DNA from: the human T2T-CHM13v2.0 reference genome, Homo sapiens
Reading direction: 5' to 3' (one strand)
NCBI RefSeq assembly: GCF_009914755.1
Contig: NC_060934.1
Length of the DNA stretch: 64,000 bases
The first letter of the stretch is position 1. Each line of letters starts with the position of its first letter. A program made the position numbers and the translations under genes. Of this stretch, positions 48,465-64,000 are shown in pieces. The notes beneath the pieces are model-generated. The model made no database searches and was not told the DNA's origin. It saw only the letters and a program-made list of their open reading frames with translations.

Positions 48465-50495
48465 ATCTTATAAGATGTAAAGGTTCTTGATGGTAGGAGA
48501 CACAACACAATGACAACATGACAGAAGGCAGAACTCTCTTCCACTTACAGCTCACAAGCAGAGGAGGCTGCCAGGCAGGGCCACATGGGGCTGCACCTCA
48601 GAGAAAGCAACAGCAAGCTGACAATGGAGGGGATAGTTTACCTGTGCCAAGTCAGGTAAGAATAGCTAGGGTTCTGGGCTCACTGTGGATGGGCCAGTTT
48701 GAATATGGTTGAGGGCTCTGCAACATAGAGGCTGCTCCTAGTTGTCAGGCAAGTGGCCCAGGGGCAATTAGGGTGAATGTATACTGGTTTGAGTGTGAGC
48801 CCAGGCAGGAAAGTGGTTTCAGCATAGACTTAATTGGCTACTCAAGAAGGGAACAGACCAGCCTCCAGCGAGGACCTCAAAACTTGGTTAAGATGTAAAA
48901 CAAAAACATAAATAAACTACGTGTATTACAATGAAGTAATGAAGATGGTGAGAATTGGTCCGGTGGTGGTTCTATTTGAAGGAAGAGCCAACACTGTTTT
49001 CTGATAGGTTAGATATGGGGTGTGTGAGAAAGAGGAGTCCACAGGATCTCCGAGTTGAAGGCCTGAGTCTGGATGGCAGTTGCCACTAATGAAGATGAAC
49101 AAGACCACAAAATGAACAAGTTTGTAAGGAAACGTTAGAAGTTTAGTTTAGAACATTCGGTGTTTGAAATGTCTTTTTTAAAAATACAAGATATTTAAGT
49201 AAACTTGTTGAGCAGAAAATAAATTTATGGCTCTGAAGTTCAAAAGAGATGTCTGGACTGGAGATATAAATTTGGGAGTGTTTGACATAAATATGGTATC
49301 TAAAGCCATGGGACCCATTGAGATCATCCAAGAAGTGAAGGTAGATAAAGAAAAGTATGTGGCCTATTGAGTGCATTTTGGGGCAGTCCAACATGAAGAA
49401 GTTGAGCCAAGGAGGAAGAAACAGTAGAAGGAAAGGAAAAGTGGTGGAGTAGAGGGTTTAGGATCTGAGTGAGCAAAGTGTTTCAAGGATATAGAAATGT
49501 TCAGACTCACTGACAACCAAATAGGTATATTGAAAATGGCAATAAGGTACTCTTGACCACCAAATTAGGAAGTCATTTACAAAACAGACACTTCATGTTG
49601 TCAAGGGTGCCATGCAGCAGTTGTACCAATTTACACCACAATTAGGAAAAAAACTGGGTTGAACTTTCTGGAAAGCAAGTTAACTTTATATAAAAGGAAT
49701 CTCTATACAAAGTCTGCACACTGACATTCAGCGGTTCCTCTTCTAGGAGTCTACCCTGAAGAAATAAGCAGAAACTGGACAAAGTCTTATACAAACATTT
49801 GTTACATAAACGTTTAACAAAGATTTGTTACATAAAAAATCATTCCAAAGCTATTCGTACTAACAAACAACTAAGAAAAAAATTCAATTTTGAACAAGGA
49901 AAATTATTCAATAAATTATGAGCCTAATACTAAGAGGATTGTGTAGCGCAGAAAAATCATGGTTCAAAAGTATATTTAATGACCTGTAAAAGTCCTCATG
50001 ATGCTACATTAATTGAGGAAAACAAGGTAATGCTTTTTCTTTCTCACAGTTACAACAAAACTAATAATTACCACTTATTAGACAGGTACTATGTGCAAAG
50101 GCACTGTGCTAATCATTTATATGTGTTATTTTTAATTCTGTATTATAGGTATGATGAGAAGGCAAAGGCTCAGAAGGTTGTTTTGATCATATTGTATTTG
50201 ATATTAACACATTTGGGATCTGAAGGAAACACACAACACACACACAGGGAAATCTGATGGCCTCTCCTAAAAACTCGTATGTTCCTAAAGAAGTGTTCAC
50301 GACCTACTGTGGAAATATAATACAAATTGTGAGTTCATGATTTTTTTTTCTAAAGGGGGATTCTAAGAATGACAACAAAACATAGAAGTAAGCACTGATT
50401 TCTTCCTGTAGAATTCATTTTCTCTTAATTTCATAATTCTAACCACTCACCTATAAAACTAAGGATCACTATAGAAACCCCTAGCACTGCCAGAT

Positions 50496-50857
50496 AAAGT
50501 TGATGCCTGAACAACTTGGGGATCAAGGGCACTGACGTCCTCAAAGTTGATAATCTGCTAATAACTTTTGATTTCCCACAACTTAACTACTAATAACCTA
50601 CTGTTGTTCAGAAGCCTTGCCAATAACATTAACAGCTCGTTAACACATAAACTAGTATCTACATATATTTTAATCCACTCTGACATACCTACATTTTTCC
50701 TAAATTTTTCTATATTTCTAGACTGTGTGTCTTGTCTGCCAGCTTCTTTCAAATGTAACAAATCTCTAAAGAAATGTTCCAATATATTTATTGAAAAAAA
50801 TCCACGTACAAGTGGACCCACACAGTTCAAGCCCTTGTTGTTCAAGGGCCAACTGTA
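50496..50857. mobile_element. Tigger2-derived element (Tigger2a/MER28-like)
   Basis: TIR-like ends AGTTGATGCCTGAACAAC / GTTGTTCAAGGGCCAACTG with TA flanks. Confidence 0.75.
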
Positions 50858-51417
50858 TTTTTTTATTTCTTCAGCAGTGGAGTTAGTTTGCTGTGAGGCA
50901 AAATGCTTTTGGAAAATGTATTTTGAAGATGAACAGTGCTTACCTTTTCAACACAATATTCTCCCCTTTCATTCTGTAACACATATTTTTCAAACAGGTT
51001 CTTAAGGAATGAAAATTAATGTGCTCAGCATTCTTATGTATTCATTAATGCATTTCATGATGACGTACTGTGTGAAGACACTCTGCTAGTTCTTTGGGAT
51101 GTGGTTGGAGGACACTTGTGGAGATTGCACTGTAACCTAAGTCATACGTAGTTTCTGTTGCAGACAAGCTCACTGTCTGGAGGAGAAGACAAACACATCA
51201 CACGTACATGCAATACAGTTAACAAAACGGCATTCACTGTTTCCTGATGGTTATCAGCAAAGTAAAAGAGAAAATATTCTAAGCAGAAAGCAGCAGGATC
51301 AAAAAATGGAATCGTGGCAGCCCTAGAGTGGGCTGGATATAGCAAGTAGTTCAGCATGACAGGAATGGAGCTATGCATAGGGCTAACATAACAGTTAAGG
51401 TAAAGATTATTAAACTC

Positions 51418-51715
51418 GGCTGGGTGAGCTGGCTCACTCCTGTAATCCCAGCACTTTGGGAGGCTAAGGCGGGCGGATCTCAAGGTCAGGAGTTCAAGAC
51501 CAGCCTGGCCAACATGGTAAAATTCCATCTCGACTAAAGATACAAAAAAATTAGCCAGGCGTGGTGGCACACACCTGTAATCCCAGGTACTTGGGAGGCT
51601 GAGGCAGCAGAATTGCTTGAACCGGGAGGCGGAGGTTGCCATGAGCTGAGATCGTGCCACGGGACTCCAGTCTGGGTGACAGAGTGAGTCTGTCTCAAAA
51701 AATAAATAAAAAAAT
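51418..51715 (+). mobile_element. AluS (Sg/Sx-like)
   Basis: TSD AAGATTATTAAACTC at 51403-51417 and 51716-51730. Confidence 0.93.
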
Positions 51716-52097
51716 AAGATTATTAAACTCTTTTTATGCCTGGAAACTAGGAAAGCACTAAAAGCTTTCATAAGGAAAAAATCATCAAAGTTCCATTTTA
51801 GTTGCATGCCTATGACAGTCATGTTCAGCAGGCAGCATAGAACACAGGAAACTTAGTTCAGTGTTCAGGAGCACAGATTGCTTGGATTCAAGTACTAAAG
51901 CTGTATGACTTCAGAAGTTGCTTACTTCTTTGTGCCTCAGTTTCCTCATTTAGAAGATGAGAGCTGATGTTAATAACGCATACCTCATAATATCCGTATG
52001 AGGATTAAATCTGAAATAGACATAGTGCTTAGAACAGAGACAGCCGTATAGAATGCACTCAATAAAAGTTAGCTATCATTACAAGTATTTAGAAATC

Positions 52098-52889
<792 letters not shown>

Positions 52890-54387
52890 AAGGTCTGAAG
52901 CTCAGGATTAAGACTGAGATTGGTGATACTGATTCAGCAGTCATCAGCTATAAATAAACGATAGTAAAATCTTGAAGCGGATAAGCTCATTAAGAGAGCT
53001 CTTCTCATCATGAGAAAGAAGAAAAGAGGATTCAAGGCAAAACTCTTATAACATCAATTGTTAAGAATGGGCAGAGGAACAGAGAGCACAATGGGCCCTG
53101 AGCGAGGTTGAACAAAAAAAAAATGGAGAAGGTAAGCAGCCACTGCGATGAGAATAATGAGAATTTAAGAAGTAATCTTTGGATTTAGCAGCAGCATTAG
53201 TGGGTTTGCCCATGGTGGAAGTCAGCATTTCGTGAATTGAAGAATGCATAGGAAATGAGCAGACCTGACTGGAAACAGTTTGGTGATATCAAGGAGGTGA
53301 AAGATACCATTGTATCTGAAGGAAGATGTGGAGTCCAGGAAGGGATTTTTGTTTATGTGTTTCTTTTCGTTATTTTTTTTAGGATGAGGGTCATTTTAGC
53401 TTTTAAATTGTAATTAATATGGAGTGAGGAGAGAGTAAATGTTTAAAACTTCAGGAAAGTAGAAATAAGCGAGCCAGTGAAGGCAGAAGGAAATGTGATA
53501 GAATTAAGGAAAATATGAACAAGTATAGAAATAAGTTTGTTGGTTTTGTGGCAGTGGCAGGAGGCTTGTGGAGTCCTCATTGGATGGACCCTACTTCCTC
53601 TGAGAAGCTGAGGGTGACAGCATGTTCTAAACCTTAGAGGGAATGTGGCTCAGTGGGAGGTTTCCAGGACAAGGTTGATGAAGCTGTGGTGAAAACAGGA
53701 GAGGATTTAGGGAATAATCAATATCTGTCAGATATCATGGCAGGGTCAGGCGACACTGGGTCCCAGGATGTGGAGAGGTCCCAGTATGCATGACTGAGGA
53801 ATTTTTTCCCCCAGAAGTAATAAACCAAACCAAAGTATTGATACTGACAAGATAGAGAATTGGACTGCCCCAGAGTTGGGATTATTTTCCCCCCTGGTAG
53901 ATGGAACAGAAAACAAAATGGGCAAGCATAATTGAAGTGACAGGTAAACTGAGCTAGAATGGAAAAAAAAGTAAAGACAGCAGGGTATTGATGAGAAGAA
54001 AGCAGAAGAACATCAAGGAGCTGAATAGTCTGTAAGATCAAGAATAAATGCAGTGACAGTGACTAAATGATGGAACTAGAAGAGTGTGTCACAGTCAGGG
54101 AGAAGAATGTATGAAGTTAACTTTTCAAGGTGAAGGCATCTCAGGTTATAACAAGACCCAGGGTGGGGCTGTGACAAAGTTGAAATAGGTGGACATTTAC
54201 TAAAGGTGGGAAGGTCAAGACAAAGAGACTCACACACTGAAAGGGTCACCATGCCCTGAAGTCACAAGACAATAGTGGTGTTGAGGAGAAAAGAGGCACA
54301 TGAATGAATCTTGTGCCAAAGTCTTCAGTGTGTTGGCGATGGCAGTGGGTTTGCACTGGGAGCTTAACAGCTAATCAGTAGATAACA

Positions 54388-54785
54388 GTGGGAAAGTTAT
54401 CAGAATCAAAATGGAGTCACCAGTGTTAAGAAAATTCTGTCAAATAGAGCTAGGGAAGGCCAGAAAGAAAGGGTTCCCAGGCTTGTATACTTGATAACAA
54501 AAATAATCACAAAAGACTGCAAAAACCACAATCTCGTGCCAAGGCCATCACAGCCTTTCACAAAACTCACTTCTGCAAGGACATCTGCCCAGCAATTGCC
54601 TGTCCAACCTTGGGACTGGCGTCATCCTTGTTATTAATCTTAGTAGCCAAGGATCATTATTTCAAAACACACAGCTTATGCACATAGATTGCTACGGTAT
54701 GTGTATTCCCATTGCAATGCTCTATTCCCAGATAAACATCATTTTCTTTTAGAGAGCCTCTCTTTGTTTATTATTTAGATTGACA
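54388..54785 (+). mobile_element. ERV1-class solo LTR (MER4-group-like)
   Basis: TG...CA ends, AATCAAAATGGAGTCAC start motif and GATAAAC-type poly(A) signal. Confidence 0.55.
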
Positions 54786-54849
54786 ATAGCAGCGAGCATG
54801 GATAGAGGGTGGTAGAACTGGCTATGTGATGCTATCAAGAAACAGGGTT

Positions 54850-54976
54850 GAGCTAGGTGTGGTGGTGCATGCCTGTAGTCCCAGCTACTTGGAAGTCTCA
54901 GGTGGGAGGATCACTTGAGCCTAGGAATTTGAGGCCAGCCTGTGCAAAATAGAGAGACCCTGTCTTTAAAAAAAGA
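54850..54976 (+). mobile_element. Free Alu monomer (FLAM)
   Basis: Single ~125 bp monomer with A-tail; AAGAAACAG flanks. Confidence 0.8.
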
Positions 54977-55325
54977 AAGAAACAGTATTTATGAGAGAAT
55001 TAATCCCCTCTCTCATTAAAAAATTTATAAATGAACAGACTTAAACGTGGCAGGGGACATGCCTATCAATTTGGTAAATAATAAAAGACTAATGTTCATT
55101 TTGGGTGCAGGTGTGAGAAAATGGGCACACTGACTATGCTGGTGGGCATAGATCTTGTTATAATTTTTCATTCATCACATAATTATTTATTTACGAAGCA
55201 CCATTAGAAACCTAGATATTTACTTACTCTGAATTAGTACAGAGAAAATTCACTTTGATGTAAAACTTCTAAATCTGGCTTTAAAAGGTTCAAACCCTAG
55301 AATTGGTCCAGTTTTGTACAGTTGC

Positions 55326-57178
55326 TGTATTTGTCCATTATCACACTGCTATTACAAAATGCCTGAGACTGGGTAATTTATAAAGGGAAGAGGTTTAATT
55401 GACTCACAGTTCTGCAGGCTTTACAGGAAGCATGGCTAGGAGGCCTCAGGAAACTTATACTCATGGCAGAAGTTGAAGGGGAAGCAAAGCACATCTTTCA
55501 TGGTGGCAGATGAGAGAGAGGAGAGAGTGAACAAGGAAGTGCCACACTTTAAAGTAATCAGCTCTCTTGAGAACTTATTTACTATCATGAGAACAGCATG
55601 GAGGAAATCATCCCCCATGGCCCAATCACCTCCAACCAGGTCCCTCCCTCAACACCTGGGGATTATAATTCAAGATGAGATTTGGGTGGTGACACAGAGC
55701 CAAACCATTCCACCCCAGCCTCTCCCAAATCTCATCCTTTTCACATTTTAAAACCAATCATGCCTTCCCAACAGTCCCCCAAAATCTTAACTCATTAATC
55801 CAAAAGTCCAAGTCCAAAGTCTCATCTGAGACAAGGCAAGTCCCTTCTTCCTATAAGCCTATAAAATCAAAAACAAGTTACTTATTTCCAGGATACAATT
55901 GGGGTACAGACATTGGATAAGTGCTCCCATTAGAAATGAGAGAAATTGGCCAAAACAAAGCGGCTACAGCCCCAATGCAAGTACAAAATCCAGTGGGGCA
56001 GTCATAAAATCTTAAAGCTCCAAAATAATCTCCTTTGATTCCATGTCTCACATCCAGGCCATGCTGATGCCAGGGGTGGTTTCCCAAGGCCTTGGGTAGC
56101 TCAGCCCCTGTGGCTTTGCAGGGTTCAGCCCCCATGGCTGATCTCATGGTCTGGCATTGAGTGCCTGTGGCTTTTCCAGGCACACAGTGCAAGCTGTTAG
56201 TGAATCTCTTCTGAGGTCTGGAGGACAGTGGCCTTCTTCTCACAACTCCATTAGGCAGTGCCCTAGTGGGGACAATGTGTGGGGGGGTCCAACCTCACAT
56301 TTCCTTTCTGCACTTCCCTAGCAGAAGTTCTCTGTGAGGGCTCTGCCCCTATAGCAGACTTCTGCCTGGACATCCAGGCATTTTCATACATCCTCTGAAA
56401 TCTAGGCAGAGGTTCCCAAAGCTCAACTCTTGTCTTCTGCACACCTGCAGGCCCAATACCACGCGGAAGCCACCAAGGCTTGAGGCTTGCATCCTCTGAA
56501 GCAATGGCCCAAGCTGTACATTGGCCCCTTTTAGCCACAGCTAGAGCTGGAATGGCTGGGACACAGTGCCACTCAGCCTAGGCTTCATTGTTCACATCTC
56601 TACCTGCATTTTGGTCAAGGCCATTCAACAAGTTTCTAGGAAGTCCCAAACTTTATCACATCTTCCTGTCTTCTTCTGAGCCCTCCAAACTGTTCCAACC
56701 TCTGCCTGTTACTCAGTTCCAAAGTTGCTTCTACATTTTAAGGTTATCTTTATAACAGTGCTCCACTACCTTGGTATTAATTTTCTGTATTAATTCATTT
56801 TTACACTTTTATAAAGAAATGCCTATGACTGGGTAATTTATAAAGGAAAAAGTTTTAATTGACTCACAGTTCCATAGGCTTAACAGGAAGCATGGCTCGG
56901 AGGCCTCAGGAAACTTACACTCATGGCAGAAGGTGAAGGGGAAGCAAAGGACATCTTACATGACATATGACATAAGGAGAGAGAGAGGAGAGAGAGAACA
57001 AGAAAGCGCCACACTTTAAAGTCATCACCTCTCAAGAGAACTCACTCACTAACATGAGAACAGCATGGGGGAAAGTGTCCCTATGATCTAATCACCTCCC
57101 ACTAGGTTCCTCTCTCAACACCTAGGGATTACAATTCTAGAGGAGATTTGGGTGGGGACACAGAGCCAAATCATATTG
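55326..57178 (-). mobile_element. MaLR retroelement (MSTA/THE1D-type): LTR 55326-55707, shortened internal region, LTR 56786-57178
   Basis: Two direct-repeat LTRs, MST/THE1 internal sequence, 5-bp TSD GTTGC at 55321-55325 and 57179-57183. Confidence 0.9.
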
Positions 57179-59113
57179 GTTGCCATCAGTGCCATTAATT
57201 GGAGATGATTTCTAGAGTGTTTGTTGTCAGGATTCCTGGATACACTGACCAGGACTCTCTCCACGGCTGAACTCAACTAAACATTTTCTAGCTGTAATCT
57301 CACAGTGCCATTTCACTTCCCCTGAAAACACTATTGCTAATTTATTGAAAGTTCTGCCTGATAAAATGGCAGCACTCTTAAGGAGATGGAGGTAGACCCC
57401 TCATTAGTCCCATGATCTGCTCTATAACCAATGTCAGAAGTGCTGTAAGAGGTTCTCCTGTGTCAGCAGCAGCATCACCATACACATAAGGGTAACGTGG
57501 GATTCCTTGTCGGCCCTTTCCCTTTACTTTTAAATGCTGGTCACCTCCCTAACACATGTGTACATCCAATTGTAAAACCTGAATCCCATCACTTTCCTGC
57601 ATGTATATGATGTGCTTATTACTAAAGTATATGCTGGGGAAAAAGTGACAACCAAACCTGAACCAGCCTCTGCCCCAATGGAGTCCACAGTCTAATATAA
57701 GGAGCAGCTTTTAAACACATGATTAAACACATCACCCTATACATAAACATATGAACAAAACTCTGGTAAGAGCTATGGAGGAAAAGTACAAGTTTCTAAG
57801 GCAGCATTTAACAGAAGACTCCATCCTAGTCTGGAAGTCAGAAAGGTTTCAACAACAACAAAATGACATTTGAGGTAAGATTCAAAAGATGAGTGTGGGG
57901 AAGAATTTTCCAGACAGAAAACCCAAATGTGGGAAGACTCTGAGGCAGGTTGAAGTATCGCATATTCCAGCATCAAGAATAAGGTCATCCTTGCTGAAGT
58001 CCAGAGAGAAACAAGGCTAGAGGTGGGGAATCTGAATGGATTAATAATAGATTCCAGGCTGTGTGGAGCCTTCCAATCCTAAAATCTTTTACATCTGCTA
58101 TTCACACCCACCCCCAGCTTTAACTTCCTATTTGGATTGGATAAATCCTAGTCACCTTCAGATCTCAACTCTAGCTGGGAAGACTTCCCTGATGCACACA
58201 TTAAACATACTCCTCCAGCTGTTCCTATTGTTTTTCATTTCCTCCCTCAAAACAATCACCTTATGTAATTTCAATTATTCATTCACATCTGCCTTCCACC
58301 AGATTCTGAGCTCCATCAGGGCCGGGTGTGAATCTGTTTTGTTCACTGCTTTCTACAGAACTTAGCACAGTGCCAGGAACAAAAACGAATATGTTGAAAG
58401 AATAAGTGTCTTGCCACGTGCAAACTGTCCCTGATATTGCATTTCTTGTTTCAAGCTAAACTGAAAGAACAGTCAAAATGGGATGTTTGTCACAAGAAAT
58501 ACATTGACAACTCTGTAAGAAAAAAAGGAAAGGTGTTTCTGCCTTAATCCCACATTATCAAACTAGGTATCATGTTACTTATTCAAATAACAGCTTCTCT
58601 GGATACAATTCTGAAGCCCATGTCAAAAGAGAAGCAACAGAACCAAGCATCTGTTCTCTCTTCTGGCTCACCAGCTTCATTGCCCATGGAGGACTGACCT
58701 CCTCCATCAACACCTCAGGTCCTATGGTTAAAAAGCTCTGGAAAGTTTTTGACCTTGTTGCCTATTGATCAAGAGGTATCTCTGGCTGTGACATGGGATA
58801 TAACATGGTCCTAGTTTGGGTTCCCTGAAAGACAAATTTGACATGGGTTTAAGAGCAAGAAGTTTATTTGGGCGATAATCCTAGGAAATACCATGAGAAA
58901 ATAGGGAGATAAGGCAGGGAAAGAAAGCAAGCCAAGAAAATATGTGATAAAATGCAGTTACTGCCATGAGCTCAACTCCACTGAGGATCCACTGAGAAAC
59001 TGTGTGGGACTCGTCTTGGAGCTGCCCCAGTGTTGGGCAAAGAAGCTGAGGTAGTTACCACCAACTCCCAGTCTCATTTGTGGGTGGTCATTCTTTGCAT
59101 TTCTACACTGCCT

Positions 59114-59941
59114 CTGTGATGAAAAAAACAAATTGTTTTTCCTCTGCTCTCTAACCACAACAATCAACACAGAAGACTGCTGTGTCTCAGTGCGTGGGGA
59201 TTTCTTCCTACCAACAGCAAGCAATCAATTCTGTAGCAGACACCAGCTGGGCATCCTCCAATTCAGTTCTGACTCTGCCTACCTGGAGATGGCAGTGGAT
59301 CCCATAGTTGAGGGCTCAATCCCACAAGGCTGCCTCTACCCATACACACAAGTTCCAGGTGGTTTTACCTGTGCTTCTGATCAACCCAGTATAAATCAGA
59401 GACCCCATGACCTCCTCAGGTTCAATTAATTTGCTAGAGCAACTAACAGCACTCAGGGAAACACACACCGGCGTTCAGTTTATTATAAAGAATATTACAA
59501 GAATACAGATGAAGGGTGCGTAGAATGAGGTATGGGAGGAGTGCAGGGCTTCCATGCCCTCCCATGGTGGGACACCCTTTGGGAACCTCCACATGCTCAG
59601 CTCTCTGGAAACTCCCTGAACCCAGTCCTTTTGGGTTTTTATTGAAGGTTCATTGCATAGGCATGATTGATGAAATCATTGGCCATTGGTAATCAACGGA
59701 TCCTTCAGCTCCTCTCCCCTCCATGCAGGTTGCTGGGGAGGCTGAATGTCTCAACCCTCTGATCCTGCCTTGGTCTCTTCTGTGAGCAGACCCATATTGA
59801 AGCCACCTAGGGGGCTGCTAGCCATCAATCAACTCATTGGCATACTAAAAGACACTTATCACTACAGAGAGTCCAAGTATTTTAGAATATGCATACCAGG
59901 AGACTGGGATGAAGACCAAATATACATTTCACAATATCACA
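59114..59941. mobile_element. MER21-family LTR nested in an older ERVL-type LTR (~58805-60010)
   Basis: TGTGATG start, TAATTTGCTAGAGC and GAAGACCAAATATACATTTCACAATATCACA end. Confidence 0.7.
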
Positions 59942-60191
59942 CTTCCCTTCTACACTCCAAGTACCTCCGGGTGCTAAAAGTGCCCTCAGCCAACAAGTCT
60001 TGAGCTGAGGCACCAAGATAGTGATGCCCATAAAACACTTTAGAATTCTCCCTTTTAAGACAGAATTCTGAAACTCAGTTGGTATGTTCTCTTCAAGGTG
60101 ATTTTCCCAATACTCTGGTTATCATTACTTAATGTTAGACTACGTTTATATTTCTCACAAATGGGTGACAATGGGGATGAAAATGAGTTCG

Positions 60192-61036
<845 letters not shown>

Positions 61037-61701
61037 TAACTTTCCAATTTTTATACATTTGCCCCATTTAGTTATAGCTTCATTTCCACATATACTACCT
61101 GGAGCTATTATGTATCATAATTCTTAAGTAATCAAAATGCTTTTAGTCCTTTGGGATTATTAACCAGATCTGTTGAAAATTTCTAGTAATTAATGTTATA
61201 CTCTCCATTATACTTGGTACAGACTCTTCTGTACATTTTCATCCAGAGAGCCTTCTTTATTGTGGGTTAAGGAAGGAAACTAGCCCCTGAGCTCCAGTAA
61301 TCCTATCAATGCTTCTCCAGTGTCAGATAAGTCACATTGCTATCATTTTCTGTGTCAGAAATTAACCACCATTCAATGGCCTTGAAAAAGAATGAGATTA
61401 TTGACTTCACCATTGATTTAAGCAACAGGGGAAGTAAATGAAGAATGAAGTAATTATGTCTTTAATCTCTTCCATAGGCCTGGAAGATTTATTCCAGTGT
61501 GAAAAATCATACTGGAAGTCCTTACTTCCAAATTTTGAGATTTCCCAGTCTAGAGACTTTAAAATGATCAGTAACAGAATTTTTCTAAACACTTTACCAT
61601 ATAGTCTTCGCCATAATTTGTAACATATAGTTGAAAAACATCTCACTTTGTAAAAAACAGGTACAGAGCATGCACCAAAGTGCCTTCAGGAAGCATGTCC
61701 A

Positions 61702-62012
<311 letters not shown>

Positions 62013-62099
62013 AAGCAGGCCCAGCTCAGCATTCCTCAATCTGAGCACTGTGGGGCCCAAGATGTCCTTCCACCTCTTTCCTGATCTCTGCCTACAGCA

Positions 62100-62655
62100 G
62101 TCTTGACCTGGAGACTCACAGTCCACTGTGGTCTGTTAAATGTCATCTCTATCCTCTCCATTCTCCAATGGCTTCCTAAAGCACATTGAATGAAATACAA
62201 AACCCTTATTGTAACCCCTATGGATGGACCCCTTCTCCCCAGGCATACAGACCTCCCTGCTGTTCCACTTACAGGCCCACCCATGCTCAGGCTTCAGGTT
62301 TTTACCCAGCACTTGCTGCCCCTCTGTCAGGACCACTCTTCCTCTTCTCCAGGCTCCTCTCCTCTACCAATCCTTCCCTGCAATTAAGTCACAAGTCATT
62401 TCCTCACAGCCGCCTTCCCTGAACAGCCGGTATTTAGAAGCATCCCCTTTTCCTTTCCAGTCTCCAATCCTTATTTTTCTTCATTTCACTTATGGCTTCC
62501 TGGCATGCTTCATATTATTTATGTGTTTATTGGTGGTTTCCCCAAAAGAGTAGAAGAGCTGTAAGGAGAGGTTCTATGCCCAGTGCCTACAAAAGTGCCC
62601 GACATTAGTAGGTATTCGGTAATTATTTGTTGAATTAATTAAAATGAATGAATGA
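62100..62655 (+). mobile_element. L2 3' end
   Basis: CCCAGTGCCTAC...TAGTAGGTATTC...ATTTGTTGAAT...TGAATGAATGA terminus. Confidence 0.75.
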
Positions 62656-62700
62656 AGAAACTGCTTGGCTTTCACTGGGCAAGGTGCTGTCCACTGTTAA

Positions 62701-63346
62701 TGATATAGGAGTTAAAAATATATATTTAGGCAGATAGTGAGGGTAAGGAAGTCCTCAATAAGGTTTCCTTGTAATAAAAAGCATCCTGAAAATCATTTCT
62801 TTTCTAACAAAAAGCAGTCTGAAAAATCAAGCTGCAAGCATAGGTAAGCAAACTAGAAGCTTTCATAGGTAAATGCCGCAGCTGTGCCAACAGGAAAAGG
62901 CTACCTGGGGGCCAGGCATGTTCAACCTGGTGGCTCCATCTTTCCTTTTCTTTGTCTGTCAACCATGTGTACAGTGAGGAACAGACAACATGGCACTGGA
63001 CAGGTAGGGAACCCATCTGCATAATAAAAGATTAGGGTGGGATGGCCAGCTTCTACGCGCGCTATGCAAACGTCACACCTGGTCCGGCCAATTTCTCAGG
63101 CCCTGTGTAAATCAGATACGGCCTCCTCAGTCTCCTCTGTAAAACCCCATGCATTTCATTATGAAATCAGAAGCCCCACTTGGGAGCCCCTCTCTCTCTT
63201 CAAGAGAGAGAGCTATTCACTTTTCTCTTTCTTTTGCCTATTAAACCTCCACTCTTAAACCCACTTTTTGTATGTCCACATCCTTCATTTCCCTGGCATG
63301 AGACGACAGACCTCAGGTATTTACCCCAGACGACGACACTGCTTCA
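62701..63346 (+). mobile_element. ERV1-class solo LTR (~645 bp; LTR9/MER50/MER84-group-like)
   Basis: TGATATAGGAG...GCTTCA ends, CTATTAAA poly(A) signal, GTTAA/CTTAA flanks. Confidence 0.75.
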
Positions 63347-64000
63347 CTTAAATATTTTCACTACCTTTGACAGGAAGGATATTTAGTATGTTCTCCAGAG
63401 AGAGGTCATAGTCAAGGCTGCTTACGTGATGGCTAAGAGCAGAGGAAGGGGTCATCCTGTAAACTATGACTCAGCTACCTCATAACCCTGGGCACCCAGT
63501 AATGTTCCTCCCAAGGTCTTTTCCCTTGACATACTTGGGTCTAGTTAGGTGTTGCCAGATGGCCTGTAGTCCCCAGACTGGCATGCTTGGGGAGGCCAGC
63601 TTTTTCCTGGGTGTAGCATATGGCCATTGACTCTGATCTTCCTGACTCTGGCAAGCTCTGAATCTTCCATTCTCCTACCCACCACCCAGCCAAAGGAATC
63701 TCTTTATAGATTGGAGAAAACTCTCCTAGTGTTTCCGGCCATGATTCTTTGGCTATCTAGAATCAGGAGTTCTGTCCTTTTTATCTCACTGTGAAAACCA
63801 TCGAAATGCTCTTAAGTGCTTAGGCTTCTGGAAGATAATAGTTGGAAAGGTAAGTATTTTACTTCCAAACTTCAGTTTTCTTCTCTGTCACATGCATGAA
63901 ATGAGCTGATGAGCACAGAGCAAACTCTTTGATGAACTGGGGGGAAGGAAAGGAGAGAAGCAAAGAGGCAGTACAGTGAGAAGAAAAGAAAGATAGATTC

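Overview
Human (primate) genomic DNA. The only host coding sequence is the terminal exon of PLXDC2 (plexin domain containing 2, TEM7R) on the + strand. Its acceptor AG is at 24075-24076 and its CDS at 24077-24193 ([38 protein letters not shown]); the ORF track misses it. Positions 1-24076 are the 3' part of the last intron, about 24194-34230 is a roughly 10 kb 3' UTR, and the rest is repeat-rich downstream DNA. That downstream DNA includes a full-length antisense L1PA3/4 (35789-41954) and an MST/THE1 element with both LTRs; across the whole window there are about 18 Alus, several solo LTRs and DNA-transposon fossils. I found no convincing new gene system, and almost all listed ORFs are repeat-derived or chance. 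The best observations are mechanistic footprints: (1) an older Alu fragment captured inside the L1's target-site duplication, suggesting 5' transduction or a chimera; (2) a ~100 bp locally templated insertion copied from one L1 into a neighbouring L1; (3) two perfect CAA-loop hairpins with associated direct repeats in the 3' UTR; (4) an intact MER85/PGBD3 palindrome and inverted Alus in the 3' UTR; (5) a frameshift-free L1 stopped only by four TGA codons; (6) a near-consensus AluY; (7) a probable retrocopied mRNA 3' end in the intron. Repeat subfamily calls are from recalled consensus sequences and need RepeatMasker/Dfam confirmation.
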